The position numbers and the translations under genes were made by a program. The notes below the pieces were generated by a model that did not search any database, was not told where the DNA came from, and was given only the letters and a program-made list of their open reading frames with translations. Below, one piece after another: positions 16,320 to 24,080 of a DNA stretch of 32,000 nucleotides. Every line of letters begins with the position of its first letter. The stretch's first letter is position 1. The DNA is from Hyperthermus butylicus DSM 5456 (GTDB lineage: Archaea; Thermoproteota; Thermoprotei_A; Sulfolobales; Pyrodictiaceae), in NCBI RefSeq assembly GCF_000015145.1, contig NC_008818.1:1290001-1322000 (forward strand), written 5' to 3'.

Positions 16320-16913
16320 CTAGCCGAACCTCGCAATATACTCGTCAATGTCGTATATCCTTCGGCAGCGGGAATTAAGCTCTTCCACGGCTACTGGCTC
16401 AAAACCCTTCTCGCGTAGAAACCTCATGATGCTATGCCACTCTACTAGAACCTCTGTAGCAGCTTGAAACTCTCCCGGGAAAACCCTCGCTATAAGCTCG
16501 GGCTTAGCCGCTAGCATTTCTAGGAGTTTTCCACCAGCCTTCTCAACCCACAAGCACTTACGTGACACCATAAGTCTGCCAGTGGGCATCTCGAGCAGCA
16601 ATGGATACATCCTACACGCGAGTGGCTTTACGCCGTGAATCCTACACCGTTTTGTAGAGGTGTCGAAGAACGGGCAAAACCCCTTGATAAGCCAGCGATA
16701 TAGCAATACAACGCAGTCACCGTCTGTGCTGGCGTAGGCTTGTAGAGGCTTAAAGCTGACAGCTACAGAGTACTCCTCCGCAAGGTCCTCTAAAACCCTC
16801 TTCTCCCACGGAAAGACGACTGGTGCCTCATACTCCTCGCGGAAGAAGCAACAAGTATCACAGAATAGGCACGTAAACCTGGGTACACTCCCGCTAGCCT
16901 CAGACCCCGCCAA
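16320..16913 (-). CDS. YkgJ/UPF0153-type cysteine-cluster (CxxCxxCC) putative Fe-S or zinc protein
   Basis: 197 aa with CLFCDTCC near the N-terminus and a second cluster, FCPFFD...KRCRIHGVKPLACRMYP, typical of the CxxCxxCC family. TTG start. Confidence 0.65.
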   Translation of the reverse strand: MAGSEASGSVPRFTCLFCDTCCFFREEYEAPVVFPWEKRVLEDLAEEYSVAVSFKPLQAYASTDGDCVVLLYRWLIKGFCPFFDTSTKRCRIHGVKPLACRMYPLLLEMPTGRLMVSRKCLWVEKAGGKLLEMLAAKPELIARVFPGEFQAATEVLVEWHSIMRFLREKGFEPVAVEELNSRCRRIYDIDEYIARFG

Positions 16914-16956
16914 CGCTACTCACCACAGAGCAGTGCTATGATACCACTAGAACCTC

Positions 16957-17014
16957 GTGATGAGGGGTGCAAACGCCTAGCCCGCAGCGGCTGTGACGAG
17001 TTGAACCCGGCTGA
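16957..17014 (+). ncRNA. Weak candidate C/D-box sRNA
   Basis: C box GTGATGA (16957-16963), C'-like GTGACGA (16993-16999), an 11-nt spacer, then D box CTGA (17011-17014). The total of ~58 nt matches archaeal C/D sRNA size. The D' position (CCTA) is non-canonical and there is no clear terminal stem. Confidence 0.2.
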
Positions 17015-17368
17015 GGGCCTCAGTAGAAGGGGTATTTCAGCACGTAGCCCCGCTTCAGCACTCGGCAAACACATCACTGGCCATATAGACACATGAGCTG
17101 TGGACGGATTTATTAGGCATACTCGCTCTGCCTCCGTCTAGTGGAGGTGCTCAAGGCATGGGTGGTAGGCAGCGCACAAGCTTGTTCATGACACGTGAGG
17201 AAAGCAAGGCAAGCAAGCAGGCTCGGAGAAAGGGCAAGACGAAGTAGCAACTACAGCATAGTGGTAGTTTTTAAGCTTCTAGCTATCCGGATTCTGTGTT
17301 TCTCATCTTTCTGGTGTACAACGGGTAGCCTGACAGCCTCTCCGTCCTCTCTGTGGGGTGTAGTGAGG

Positions 17369-18211
17369 ATGTCGTGGCAGCCGCCTCCACGCAAAGTGAA
17401 GCTAGTAGCGGCTGTACCAGCCTCATACACTTCCACCGAGGGTGATCTACGCCATAAGACCATCAAGGTTGGCCTCCTCGGTAGACTCTTTGCAGTCTAC
17501 CGTGTCGACGAGGCAATCGTGTATATTGATAGGCCTGCATACTGGCGTGATGCAGAACTTATGAGAAAGATACTGGAGTACATGGTTACTGCGCCATATC
17601 TCCGAAAGAAGATCTATCCACCAAACGTGCCCGAGTTACGCTACGCTAGCCTTCTTCCACCACTTCAGCTTCCAACGCATGGTGTTGGAGGTCCGGTGGA
17701 TGGAGAGGTGCGTCAAGCGCTGGTTCTAAGGGCTTCTGGTGGACGAGCACTTGTTGAGGCTGGGTTAGAGGAGCCCGTATGGGTTAGAGGCAGGTTTCAT
17801 CGTGGCCAGCGTATACTGGTGCGTATAGTGTCCGTCGAACGTGGTATCGTAGAGCCGGTCGAGGATGAATTAGTTTACAATGGGTTCAAGGTAACTATAG
17901 TTGAAGGATTGTCGCGACTCCTATCAAAGTATCGGAATTATACACGTATAGCGACTAGTAGAAAGGGCAGGCTTGTAGACGCTGAGCTGCTCTCCCAGAT
18001 AGGATCCAGGTCCTCCAGTGGGCCTGGAGTACTGGTGCTCTTTGGTGCACCGGACCTGGGTCTCTACGAGCTGGCTGAGCTTGAGAACCTAAAACTGGAG
18101 GATCTTGTGGACTATGTGGTTAACACTATCCCACAACAGGGCACCAAGACTGTTCGGGTTGAGGAGGCTGTGGCAGCTACGCTGGCGTTGCTAAACCTTG
18201 TGCTCAGCTAG
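17369..18211 (+). CDS. DUF171/SPOUT-family putative RNA methyltransferase
   Basis: The ORF opens at 17195, but its first 58 codons look non-coding (Cys/Ser/Trp-rich). I prefer ATG 17369 (MSWQPPPRKVKLVAAVPAS...), which is preceded by GTGAGG. The 281-aa length and the C-terminal VLFGAPDLGL ... VNTIPQQGTKTVRVEEAV segment resemble the trefoil-knot SAM-binding region of this family. Confidence 0.6.
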   Translation: MSWQPPPRKVKLVAAVPASYTSTEGDLRHKTIKVGLLGRLFAVYRVDEAIVYIDRPAYWRDAELMRKILEYMVTAPYLRKKIYPPNVPELRYASLLPPLQLPTHGVGGPVDGEVRQALVLRASGGRALVEAGLEEPVWVRGRFHRGQRILVRIVSVERGIVEPVEDELVYNGFKVTIVEGLSRLLSKYRNYTRIATSRKGRLVDAELLSQIGSRSSSGPGVLVLFGAPDLGLYELAELENLKLEDLVDYVVNTIPQQGTKTVRVEEAVAATLALLNLVLS

Positions 18212-18310
18212 GCACGTAGCTCCTATGGGAGGCTTAGGGATAAAAAGCGCTGGTTAGCTGTGTGCAGCGATTCGGGTAGGGTTGCTAGGAAGGATAGGCG
18301 GTGATGCATA

Positions 18311-19354
18311 GTGGGTGCACGAAAAAAGCATGCGCCTCGACGTGGAAGCTTAGGACTCCGGCCGCGTAAGCGTGCCTCGAGGCTAGTGCCTAGAGTGAAG
18401 AGTTGGCCGGAGGTTCAGAGCGAGAACCCGCTGCCGCTTGCATTCCTGGCATACAAGGTTGGCATGACACATGTATATGTAATAGATGATGAGCCGGGCT
18501 CAATAACCCATGGTAGAGAAATATTCATGCCCGTCACAGTACTCGAAGCGCCACCAATGGTTGTCACAGCGGTAAGAGTCTACGGCTATGATCCCAACAT
18601 AGGCCTATACACGCTCAGTGAGGCATGGGCTCAGCCCGAGACGCTCGTGGAAAAGTACAACCTTGACATATACCGTGTAGTTCCAAGGCTACGCTTCCCA
18701 GACCCGGACAAGGCTGTTAAGAAGCTTGAGGGCCTACTAGACAAGGTCTATGATGTCCGCATCATAGCAGCTACACAGCCTAGGCTCGTTGGCGGTCTCA
18801 GCAAGAAGAAGCCAGACCTACTAGAGATAAAGATCGGTGGCGGCAGCAGCATAGAGGACCGCTTCAACTATGCAGTTAAGCTGCTAGGCTCGGAGCTAAA
18901 GGTCTCCGATGTATTCCGCGAGGGGCAGTTTGTAGATGTTATAGCTGTGACTAAGGGTAAGGGCTTCCAGGGTGTAATCAAGAGGTTTGGTGTCAAGGAG
19001 CTGCCGAGATGGCACAAGCACAGGAAGGGTAGCAGGAGCGGCCCCGGTACAAGAGGTCCAGCAACATCATTCTCGTGGAGCGAGGTGCCACAGCCAGGCC
19101 AGATGGGCTTCCACCGCAGGACAGAGTACAACAAGCGCATACTAAAGATAGGCGACAACGGCCTCGAAATCACCCCAGCGGGCGGCTTCCTACACTACGG
19201 CATTGTTAGGAGCACCTACATACTGCTAGCAGGCAGTATACCGGGTACACCTAAGAGGCCAATAGTGCTGAGGCACCCGGTAAGGCCACGCTGGATGCCG
19301 GAGGCACCACCAAAGATAACATACATAAGCCTTGCAAGCAAGCAGGGCAACTAG
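18311..19354 (+). CDS. rpl3p: 50S ribosomal protein uL3 (L3P)
   Basis: 347 aa containing FLAYKVGMTHV and VTKGKGFQGVIKRFGV. GTG start is preceded by GGTGAT (18299-18304). Confidence 0.95.
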   Translation: MGARKKHAPRRGSLGLRPRKRASRLVPRVKSWPEVQSENPLPLAFLAYKVGMTHVYVIDDEPGSITHGREIFMPVTVLEAPPMVVTAVRVYGYDPNIGLYTLSEAWAQPETLVEKYNLDIYRVVPRLRFPDPDKAVKKLEGLLDKVYDVRIIAATQPRLVGGLSKKKPDLLEIKIGGGSSIEDRFNYAVKLLGSELKVSDVFREGQFVDVIAVTKGKGFQGVIKRFGVKELPRWHKHRKGSRSGPGTRGPATSFSWSEVPQPGQMGFHRRTEYNKRILKIGDNGLEITPAGGFLHYGIVRSTYILLAGSIPGTPKRPIVLRHPVRPRWMPEAPPKITYISLASKQGN

Positions 19355-19422
19355 CCTAGGGCGCACCAATCGGTGAACGTGTGGGCCAGGAGGTGTAGGC
19401 GTTGGCGTCGAAGATAGGCTCA

Positions 19423-20235
19423 ATGATATTCCTGCTTGCGACACAGCCGCCTCGCGTACCAGTATACAACCTAGAGGGCAGTGTAGCTGAGGAGGTGCAG
19501 CTGCCCAGAGTCTTCGGGCTCCCCGTGCGCATAGACCTCATAAGGCGTGCATTCCTTTCGGAGTTCACAGCAAGACTCCAGCCAAAGGGCAGGGATCCAC
19601 TAGCTGGTAAGAGGACTACTGCTAGAAGCTTCGGTGTAGGCCTGGGTATTGCTAGGGTTCCGAGAATACCCGGCCTAGGCAGAGCAGCATTCATAAACTC
19701 GGCAGTTGGCGGTCATTTGGCGCACCCGCCAAGGGTCGAGAAGAAGATACATGAGGAGATAAACAAGAAGGAGAAGAAGCTTGCAACAGCTTCAGCGCTA
19801 GCTGCAACTGCAAGAAAGGAGTTCGTAGAGAAGCGTGGCCACAGGTTTCCGGCACAGACAGTCCCCGTAATAGTAGTTGACGAAGTCGAAACCAGCATTA
19901 CGAGGGTCAAGGAGGCGAAACTGCTGCTAGAAAAGCTGGGCGTCTGGAGCGACATTGAGAGGGCGAAGGAGAGGACAAGGATACGTGCTGGTAAGGGTAA
20001 GAGGCGTGGCAGGAGATACATAACGCCCAAGAGCATCCTCTTCATAGTATCGAACCACAACTCTTCCTTCGCGAGGGCCGTAGCAGGGCTACCCGGCGTA
20101 GATGTAGCTGAGCCATGGAATGTTAATGTGCTACAGCTAGCACCCGGTGGAGTGCCTGGCAGGCTCACAGTGATAACCCGCAGTGCCCTCGAAGAGCTAG
20201 GCAAGAGGTTTGACTCGATACTCCTTCAGATCTAA
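19423..20235 (+). CDS. rpl4p: 50S ribosomal protein uL4 (L4P)
   Basis: Contains VPVYNLEGSVAEEVQLP..., RAGKGKRRGRRY and the L4 family core. The ORF opens at TTG 19402, and I chose ATG 19423 as the likely start. Confidence 0.92.
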   Translation: MIFLLATQPPRVPVYNLEGSVAEEVQLPRVFGLPVRIDLIRRAFLSEFTARLQPKGRDPLAGKRTTARSFGVGLGIARVPRIPGLGRAAFINSAVGGHLAHPPRVEKKIHEEINKKEKKLATASALAATARKEFVEKRGHRFPAQTVPVIVVDEVETSITRVKEAKLLLEKLGVWSDIERAKERTRIRAGKGKRRGRRYITPKSILFIVSNHNSSFARAVAGLPGVDVAEPWNVNVLQLAPGGVPGRLTVITRSALEELGKRFDSILLQI

Positions 20236-20265
20236 CACTCTTAGCCGGTAGAGGGGTGACGAAGT

Positions 20266-20532
20266 ATGACACGTACGCCCTGGGACATAATCATAAGGCC
20301 CGTGCAGAGCGAAAAAGCGCTCAAGCTAATAGAGGAGCAGAACACGCTAACGTTCATAGTTGACAGAAAGGCAACCAAGCACGACATTAAGAGAGCAGTT
20401 GAGGAGGCGTTTGGCGTAAAGGTTGTCAAGGTTAACACTCTGATAACGCCGCGCGGCGAAAAGAAGGCCTATGTAAAGCTTGCAAAAGAGTACAGCGCGG
20501 CAGATGTAGCAGCAAGGCTTGGCCTACTCTAA
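20266..20532 (+). CDS. rpl23p: 50S ribosomal protein uL23 (L23P)
   Basis: 88 aa reading [45 protein letters not shown].... Confidence 0.95.
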   Translation: MTRTPWDIIIRPVQSEKALKLIEEQNTLTFIVDRKATKHDIKRAVEEAFGVKVVKVNTLITPRGEKKAYVKLAKEYSAADVAARLGLL

Positions 20533-20593
20533 GCATCCTAGCCTTGTTTCATCAAACTTATTTTGGCTAGTGGGACACTATATCACTCATTCT

Positions 20594-20647
20594 GGAGCCC
20601 GCGCGAGTGCCCCGTGTACCGGGGCCCGGTGAGCGCGCGGAGGCTCC
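20594..20647 (+). other. GC-rich compound hairpin in the uL23-uL22 spacer
   Basis: Pairings read directly: GGAGCC (20594-99) with GGCTCC (20642-47), CGCGCG (20600-05) with CGCGCG (20634-39), and GCCCCG (20609-14) with CGGGGC (20620-25). The loop is TGTAC, with an asymmetric internal loop and a GA bulge. Confidence 0.35.
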
Positions 20648-20880
20648 ACCCCTAGGCGTCAGGCCCCTCGCACAACTCGCTCTCGCTATTCTCGTGTACC
20701 CATCCTCTACCTCCTGGATTTGTACTATCCTAATCCTAGGAAGGGGAGGCGTCTTTGGCTGTGGGGCTGCCCGAGCTGGGGGTCACTCGCAATCCAACTC
20801 CACACCTTGCCTGTAAATGTTCGGTGCAGGTCAGCTCGTTCATCCCCCAGTATCTATAGTCGTGGGTGCCTCCTTAACGT

Positions 20881-20888
20881 ATTTTATT
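20881..20888 (+). promoter_or_regulatory. TATA-like box ATTTTATT, candidate internal promoter for the uL22-led operon segment
   Basis: This is the only A/T-rich box in a GC-rich spacer, about 80 nt upstream of the uL22 ATG, which itself has a GGTGG SD. The position is inferred and not verified. Confidence 0.25.
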
Positions 20889-20964
20889 GGGCTCTAGGGT
20901 TTGCTGCGAGGATGGGCAGGTATTAAGGGTGGTACTGGGCGGTGCTGGGCTGGGTGGTGTGGTA

Positions 20965-21435
20965 ATGCCTACATGGCATTACTCAGTACGGGTTGACGAG
21001 GAGAAGTCCGCTAAGGCTATGGTATGGGATGCGCCTATATCCTACAAGAAGATTGTAGAGCTAGCTCGGCTCCTTAAGGGTATGAAGGTTGATGAGGCTC
21101 GTCGTTTCCTTGAGAGGGTTGCTAGGGGCGAGGAGCCCATACCTGTGAGGAGGTATAGTGGGAAGCAAGCTCACCACCGTGGCCTAGCTGCCAAGTATAA
21201 GTGGCCGATTGGTAGGTACCCGGTGAAGGCTGCTAAGATACTGTTGAGGCTGCTGGACAATGTTACGAATAACGCGGAGGTTAAGGGGCTTGACACTGAA
21301 AGGCTCCGCATAGTACATATAGCTGTTCACAAGGGCAGGGTGCTTAAGCGGTGGATGCCCCGCGCCTTTGGTAGGGCGACGCCGAAGTTCAAGAAGTATA
21401 GCCATATAGAGATAGTTGTGGCGGAGGAGGAGTAG
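20965..21435 (+). CDS. rpl22p: 50S ribosomal protein uL22 (L22P)
   Basis: The ORF opens at 20887, but the conserved N-terminus begins at ATG 20965 (MPTWHYSVRVDEEKSAKAMVWDAPISYKK), preceded by GGTGGTGTGG. Confidence 0.92.
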   Translation: MPTWHYSVRVDEEKSAKAMVWDAPISYKKIVELARLLKGMKVDEARRFLERVARGEEPIPVRRYSGKQAHHRGLAAKYKWPIGRYPVKAAKILLRLLDNVTNNAEVKGLDTERLRIVHIAVHKGRVLKRWMPRAFGRATPKFKKYSHIEIVVAEEE

Positions 21436-21437
21436 CC

Positions 21438-22181
21438 GTGGTGCTCATAAAGAGGTACTTCATCAAGAAGGCTATGGTGCAGACGCAGATAGATGAGTAT
21501 CTAGCCAAGAGGTTCTACCGTGCTGGTTATGCTGGTGTGCAGATCATACAGTTTCCGCTCGGTACACGCGTGATAATATATGCTGAGAGGCCGGCAATGA
21601 TTATTGGTAGGCGTGGCGAGACCATAAGGCAGCTAGCAGCGATATTTGAGCACGAGTTTGGCCTCTCAAACCCTCAGATAACAGTGAGGAGGGTCGAAAA
21701 CCCTGATCTGAATGCCCGCGTGGTAGCTTCAAGGATAGCGGTGCTCCTCGAGAGGGGCGCTTATTACCGACGAGTGGCCAACGTCATGGCTAGACGTGTC
21801 CTCAACGCTGGAGCTATAGGCGTGCAGATAGTGATTAGCGGTAAGCTGCGTACGGAGCGTGCACGCTACGAGAAGGTTCGCCGCGGCAAGGTGTACACTA
21901 CGGGTCACCAGGTAGAGTACATGGTTGACCGTGCAGTAATGCATGTCACGCTTAAGCCTGGTGTTCTAGGCATAGAGGTCATGATAGTAAAGCCTGCAAA
22001 GCCCAGTGACTACGTGAGGATAAAGCAGCCTGAAGAGGTTAAGGAGTTCATAGAGCAGGTTAGGAGCGAGCTCGAAAAAGCTAGGGCTGCAGAAGCTGCG
22101 GCAGCTGTGGCACAGCAGGGCGAGGTTGTAGGGGAGGCTCCAAATACACCTCTCGAGGAACAGGGTCAGAAGCAGGGGTGA
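21438..22181 (+). CDS. rps3p: 30S ribosomal protein uS3 (S3P)
   Basis: 247 aa with a KH-domain region (IIYAERPAMIIGRRGETIRQL) and the S3 C-terminal domain. GTG start. Confidence 0.95.
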   Translation: MVLIKRYFIKKAMVQTQIDEYLAKRFYRAGYAGVQIIQFPLGTRVIIYAERPAMIIGRRGETIRQLAAIFEHEFGLSNPQITVRRVENPDLNARVVASRIAVLLERGAYYRRVANVMARRVLNAGAIGVQIVISGKLRTERARYEKVRRGKVYTTGHQVEYMVDRAVMHVTLKPGVLGIEVMIVKPAKPSDYVRIKQPEEVKEFIEQVRSELEKARAAEAAAAVAQQGEVVGEAPNTPLEEQGQKQG

Positions 22182-22187
22182 TAGTGT

Positions 22188-22421
22188 ATGGCTAAGTACA
22201 TGATTAAGACGGATGATATCCGGAAGATGAGTCCAGAGGAGAGGCTAAAGAAGCTACAGGAGCTGAAGGAGGAGCTGGTAAAGCTCCGGCTCAAGGCGGC
22301 TGTTGGTACTCTCGAAAACCCCGGCGCCATAAGGGCTATCAGGAAGACCATCGCCAGGATCTTGACAGTTATGCGTGAGGAAGAGCTTGCAAAGCAGCGC
22401 GGCGAGAAGGGGAAACGCTAG
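22188..22421 (+). CDS. rpl29p: 50S ribosomal protein uL29 (L29P)
   Basis: 77 aa reading IRKMSPEERLKKLQELKEELVKLR. Confidence 0.93.
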   Translation: MAKYMIKTDDIRKMSPEERLKKLQELKEELVKLRLKAAVGTLENPGAIRAIRKTIARILTVMREEELAKQRGEKGKR

Positions 22422-22450
22422 GACTCCTGTCTTGGCGCTGGGGGCTTGTT

Positions 22451-22786
22451 TTGAAGCGTACTGCGTGGAACATTGTTTTCCACAGCCTCATAGGTCTCCG
22501 CGCTCGCGTCCTCGCTACGAGTGACCCGGGCCTCCGCGGTCTCGAGGGCGTAGTTGTTGAGGAGACTAGGCACAGTCTAGTCGTCGAGACGAGGGATGGG
22601 CGGAGGGTTCGTGTACTAAAGGCAAACTCTATTTTCCTCTTCCAGCTGCCTGGGGGCTCCTGGGTTGTTGTTAGAGGAGAGGAAATAGCCGGGAGTCTAG
22701 CTGAGCGTGTTAAGAGGCTGGGTAGGCTAAAGGGGGTAGGATGGCTTGTCCGTGCGGGTGAGAAACGTAGGTATACCAGGGGTTAA
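22451..22786 (+). CDS. rnp1: RNase P protein component 1 (Rpp29/Pop4 homologue)
   Basis: HSLIGLRARVLATSDPGLRGLEGVVVEETRHSLVVE matches the conserved archaeal Rpp29 core. It sits in the canonical position between uL29 and uS17. TTG start. Confidence 0.85.
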   Translation: MKRTAWNIVFHSLIGLRARVLATSDPGLRGLEGVVVEETRHSLVVETRDGRRVRVLKANSIFLFQLPGGSWVVVRGEEIAGSLAERVKRLGRLKGVGWLVRAGEKRRYTRG

Positions 22787-23096
22787 GCCCCCAGAGCGAA
22801 CCTGCAACGACCCCAAGTGTCCGTGGCACGGTAAGGTTAGGGTTAGAGGCCTCATACTCACCGGTGTAGTTATCAAGAACAAGATGAAGAATACTGTGGT
22901 TGTAGAGAGGGAGTACCTTTACTACGACAGGAAGTACAAGAGGTATGAGAGGCGCCGTAGCAGGATACACGCCCACAACCCGCCATGCATCAACGCGCAG
23001 CCAGGAGACATAGTAATCATTGGCGAGACTAGGCCGCTAGCAAAGACAGTACACTTCGTAGTGCTTGGCGTTGTAGGAAAGAAGCCGTTGAGCTAG
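22746..23096 (+). CDS. rps17p: 30S ribosomal protein uS17 (S17P)
   Basis: Contains NVGIPGVKPPERTCNDPKCPWHGKVRVRG.... The start could be TTG 22746 or GTG 22752/22758. It overlaps the rnp1 3' end. Confidence 0.93.
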   Translation: MSVRVRNVGIPGVKPPERTCNDPKCPWHGKVRVRGLILTGVVIKNKMKNTVVVEREYLYYDRKYKRYERRRSRIHAHNPPCINAQPGDIVIIGETRPLAKTVHFVVLGVVGKKPLS

Positions 23097-23162
23097 CTTG
23101 GCGGGAAACCCTATTACTAGGCGTCCGCTACGCATAGCCCCAACGCGGGTGGGTGGAATAGC

Positions 23163-23579
23163 ATGCCCAAGGGTGCTGCTGGAGCTGGTCCACGCAGGCA
23201 CATAGCTGCAGGTCTACAGGTTGGCAGCTATGTGAAGGTAGCCGATAACAGTGGTGCTAAGGAGGCAATGATAATAGGCGTTATTGGCTACAAGGGTAGG
23301 CTGCGCCGTATACCACCAGCAGCGGTTGGCGACATGGTAGTTGTGACTGTGAAGAAGGGTACACCGGAGATGAGGAAGCAGGTTGTGAGAGCGATAGTCA
23401 TCAGGCAGAGGAGGCCCTACCGCCGCCCCGACGGCACCTGGATAGCTTTCGAGGACAATGCAGTGGTCATAGTGAGCCCGGATGGTACGCCAAAGGGCAG
23501 CGAGATACGTGGCCCCGTGGCTAGAGAGGCTGCTGAGCGCTGGCCAAAGGTTGCCAACATAGCCAGCATAATAATCTAA
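23163..23579 (+). CDS. rpl14p: 50S ribosomal protein uL14 (L14P)
   Basis: 138 aa reading [21 protein letters not shown]. Confidence 0.96.
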   Translation: MPKGAAGAGPRRHIAAGLQVGSYVKVADNSGAKEAMIIGVIGYKGRLRRIPPAAVGDMVVVTVKKGTPEMRKQVVRAIVIRQRRPYRRPDGTWIAFEDNAVVIVSPDGTPKGSEIRGPVAREAAERWPKVANIASIII

Positions 23580-23599
23580 GGCGCCTAGCCTGGGGTGTT

Positions 23600-24055
23600 G
23601 TGTATATGCGGTGGGTTAAGTCTTCGCAGCCCAGGAAGCAGCGTCGCGCGCTCTTCAACGCTCCCCTCCACAAGCGGCAGAAGCTTATGGCTGCACCGCT
23701 AAGCCCCGAGCTGAGGAAGCAGTATGGCATTCGTAGCCTTCCAGTAAGGGTTGGTGACGAAGTTGTAATAATGCGTGGCGACTTCAAGGGGCACCGTGGC
23801 AAGGTTGTACGTGTAGACCTGCGCCGCATGCGGATATTCGTTGAGGGCGTAACGATCACCAATGCTAGGGGTGAGCCTCGCTACTACCCGATACACCCCT
23901 CCAACGTTATGATAGTCTCACTAAACCTTGACGATGAGAGGAGGAGGCAGATAATAGAGAGGAAGAGGAGGCAGCGTGAGCTACAGCTAGCACTAATGAA
24001 GGCAGCGGCGGGGGGCTCAGCTGAAGCTATAGGGGAGGAGGGGAAGGCTAGCTAA
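23600..24055 (+). CDS. rpl24p: 50S ribosomal protein uL24 (L24P)
   Basis: Contains [21 protein letters not shown] and the KOW motif [24 protein letters not shown] 23600 or ATG 23606. Confidence 0.94.
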   Translation: MYMRWVKSSQPRKQRRALFNAPLHKRQKLMAAPLSPELRKQYGIRSLPVRVGDEVVIMRGDFKGHRGKVVRVDLRRMRIFVEGVTITNARGEPRYYPIHPSNVMIVSLNLDDERRRQIIERKRRQRELQLALMKAAAGGSAEAIGEEGKAS

Positions 24056-24080
24056 GCACCGGGTTTGAGGTGGTAAGGTT

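Noticed and set aside
17197-17204. GAGGAAAG string reminiscent of the RNase P RNA CR-I motif (GAGGAAAGTCC).
   Set aside because: It is followed by CAAGG rather than TCC. None of the other conserved RNase P RNA regions, and no P4 pairing partner, could be found in the surrounding 450 nt.
17195-17368. 5' extension of the SPOUT-like ORF (58 codons).
   Set aside because: The composition (RKARQASRLGERARRSSNYS..., then CFSSFWCTTGS) does not look like protein. A well-placed ATG with an upstream purine-rich motif occurs at 17369. The call is uncertain, and the extension cannot be fully excluded without homologues.
20658-20668. GTCAGGCCC string reminiscent of the 5' side of SRP RNA helix 8.
   Set aside because: The expected GGAAGG(G/A)AGCA continuation is absent, and I could identify no matching 3' strand or Alu-domain elements.
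20607-20926. Two overlapping ORFs (69 and 68 aa) in the uL23-uL22 spacer.
   Set aside because: Both are Pro/Gly/Arg/Cys/Trp-rich in a way typical of random GC-rich sequence. They lie in two different frames over the same DNA and have no SD. The region is better treated as non-coding or RNA (see findings).
20887-20964. 5' extension of the uL22 ORF (26 extra codons, MGSRVCCEDGQVLRVVLGGAGLGGVV).
   Set aside because: The conserved uL22 N-terminus begins at ATG 20965, which is preceded by an SD-like GGTGG. The extension is Gly/Val-rich and not family-like.
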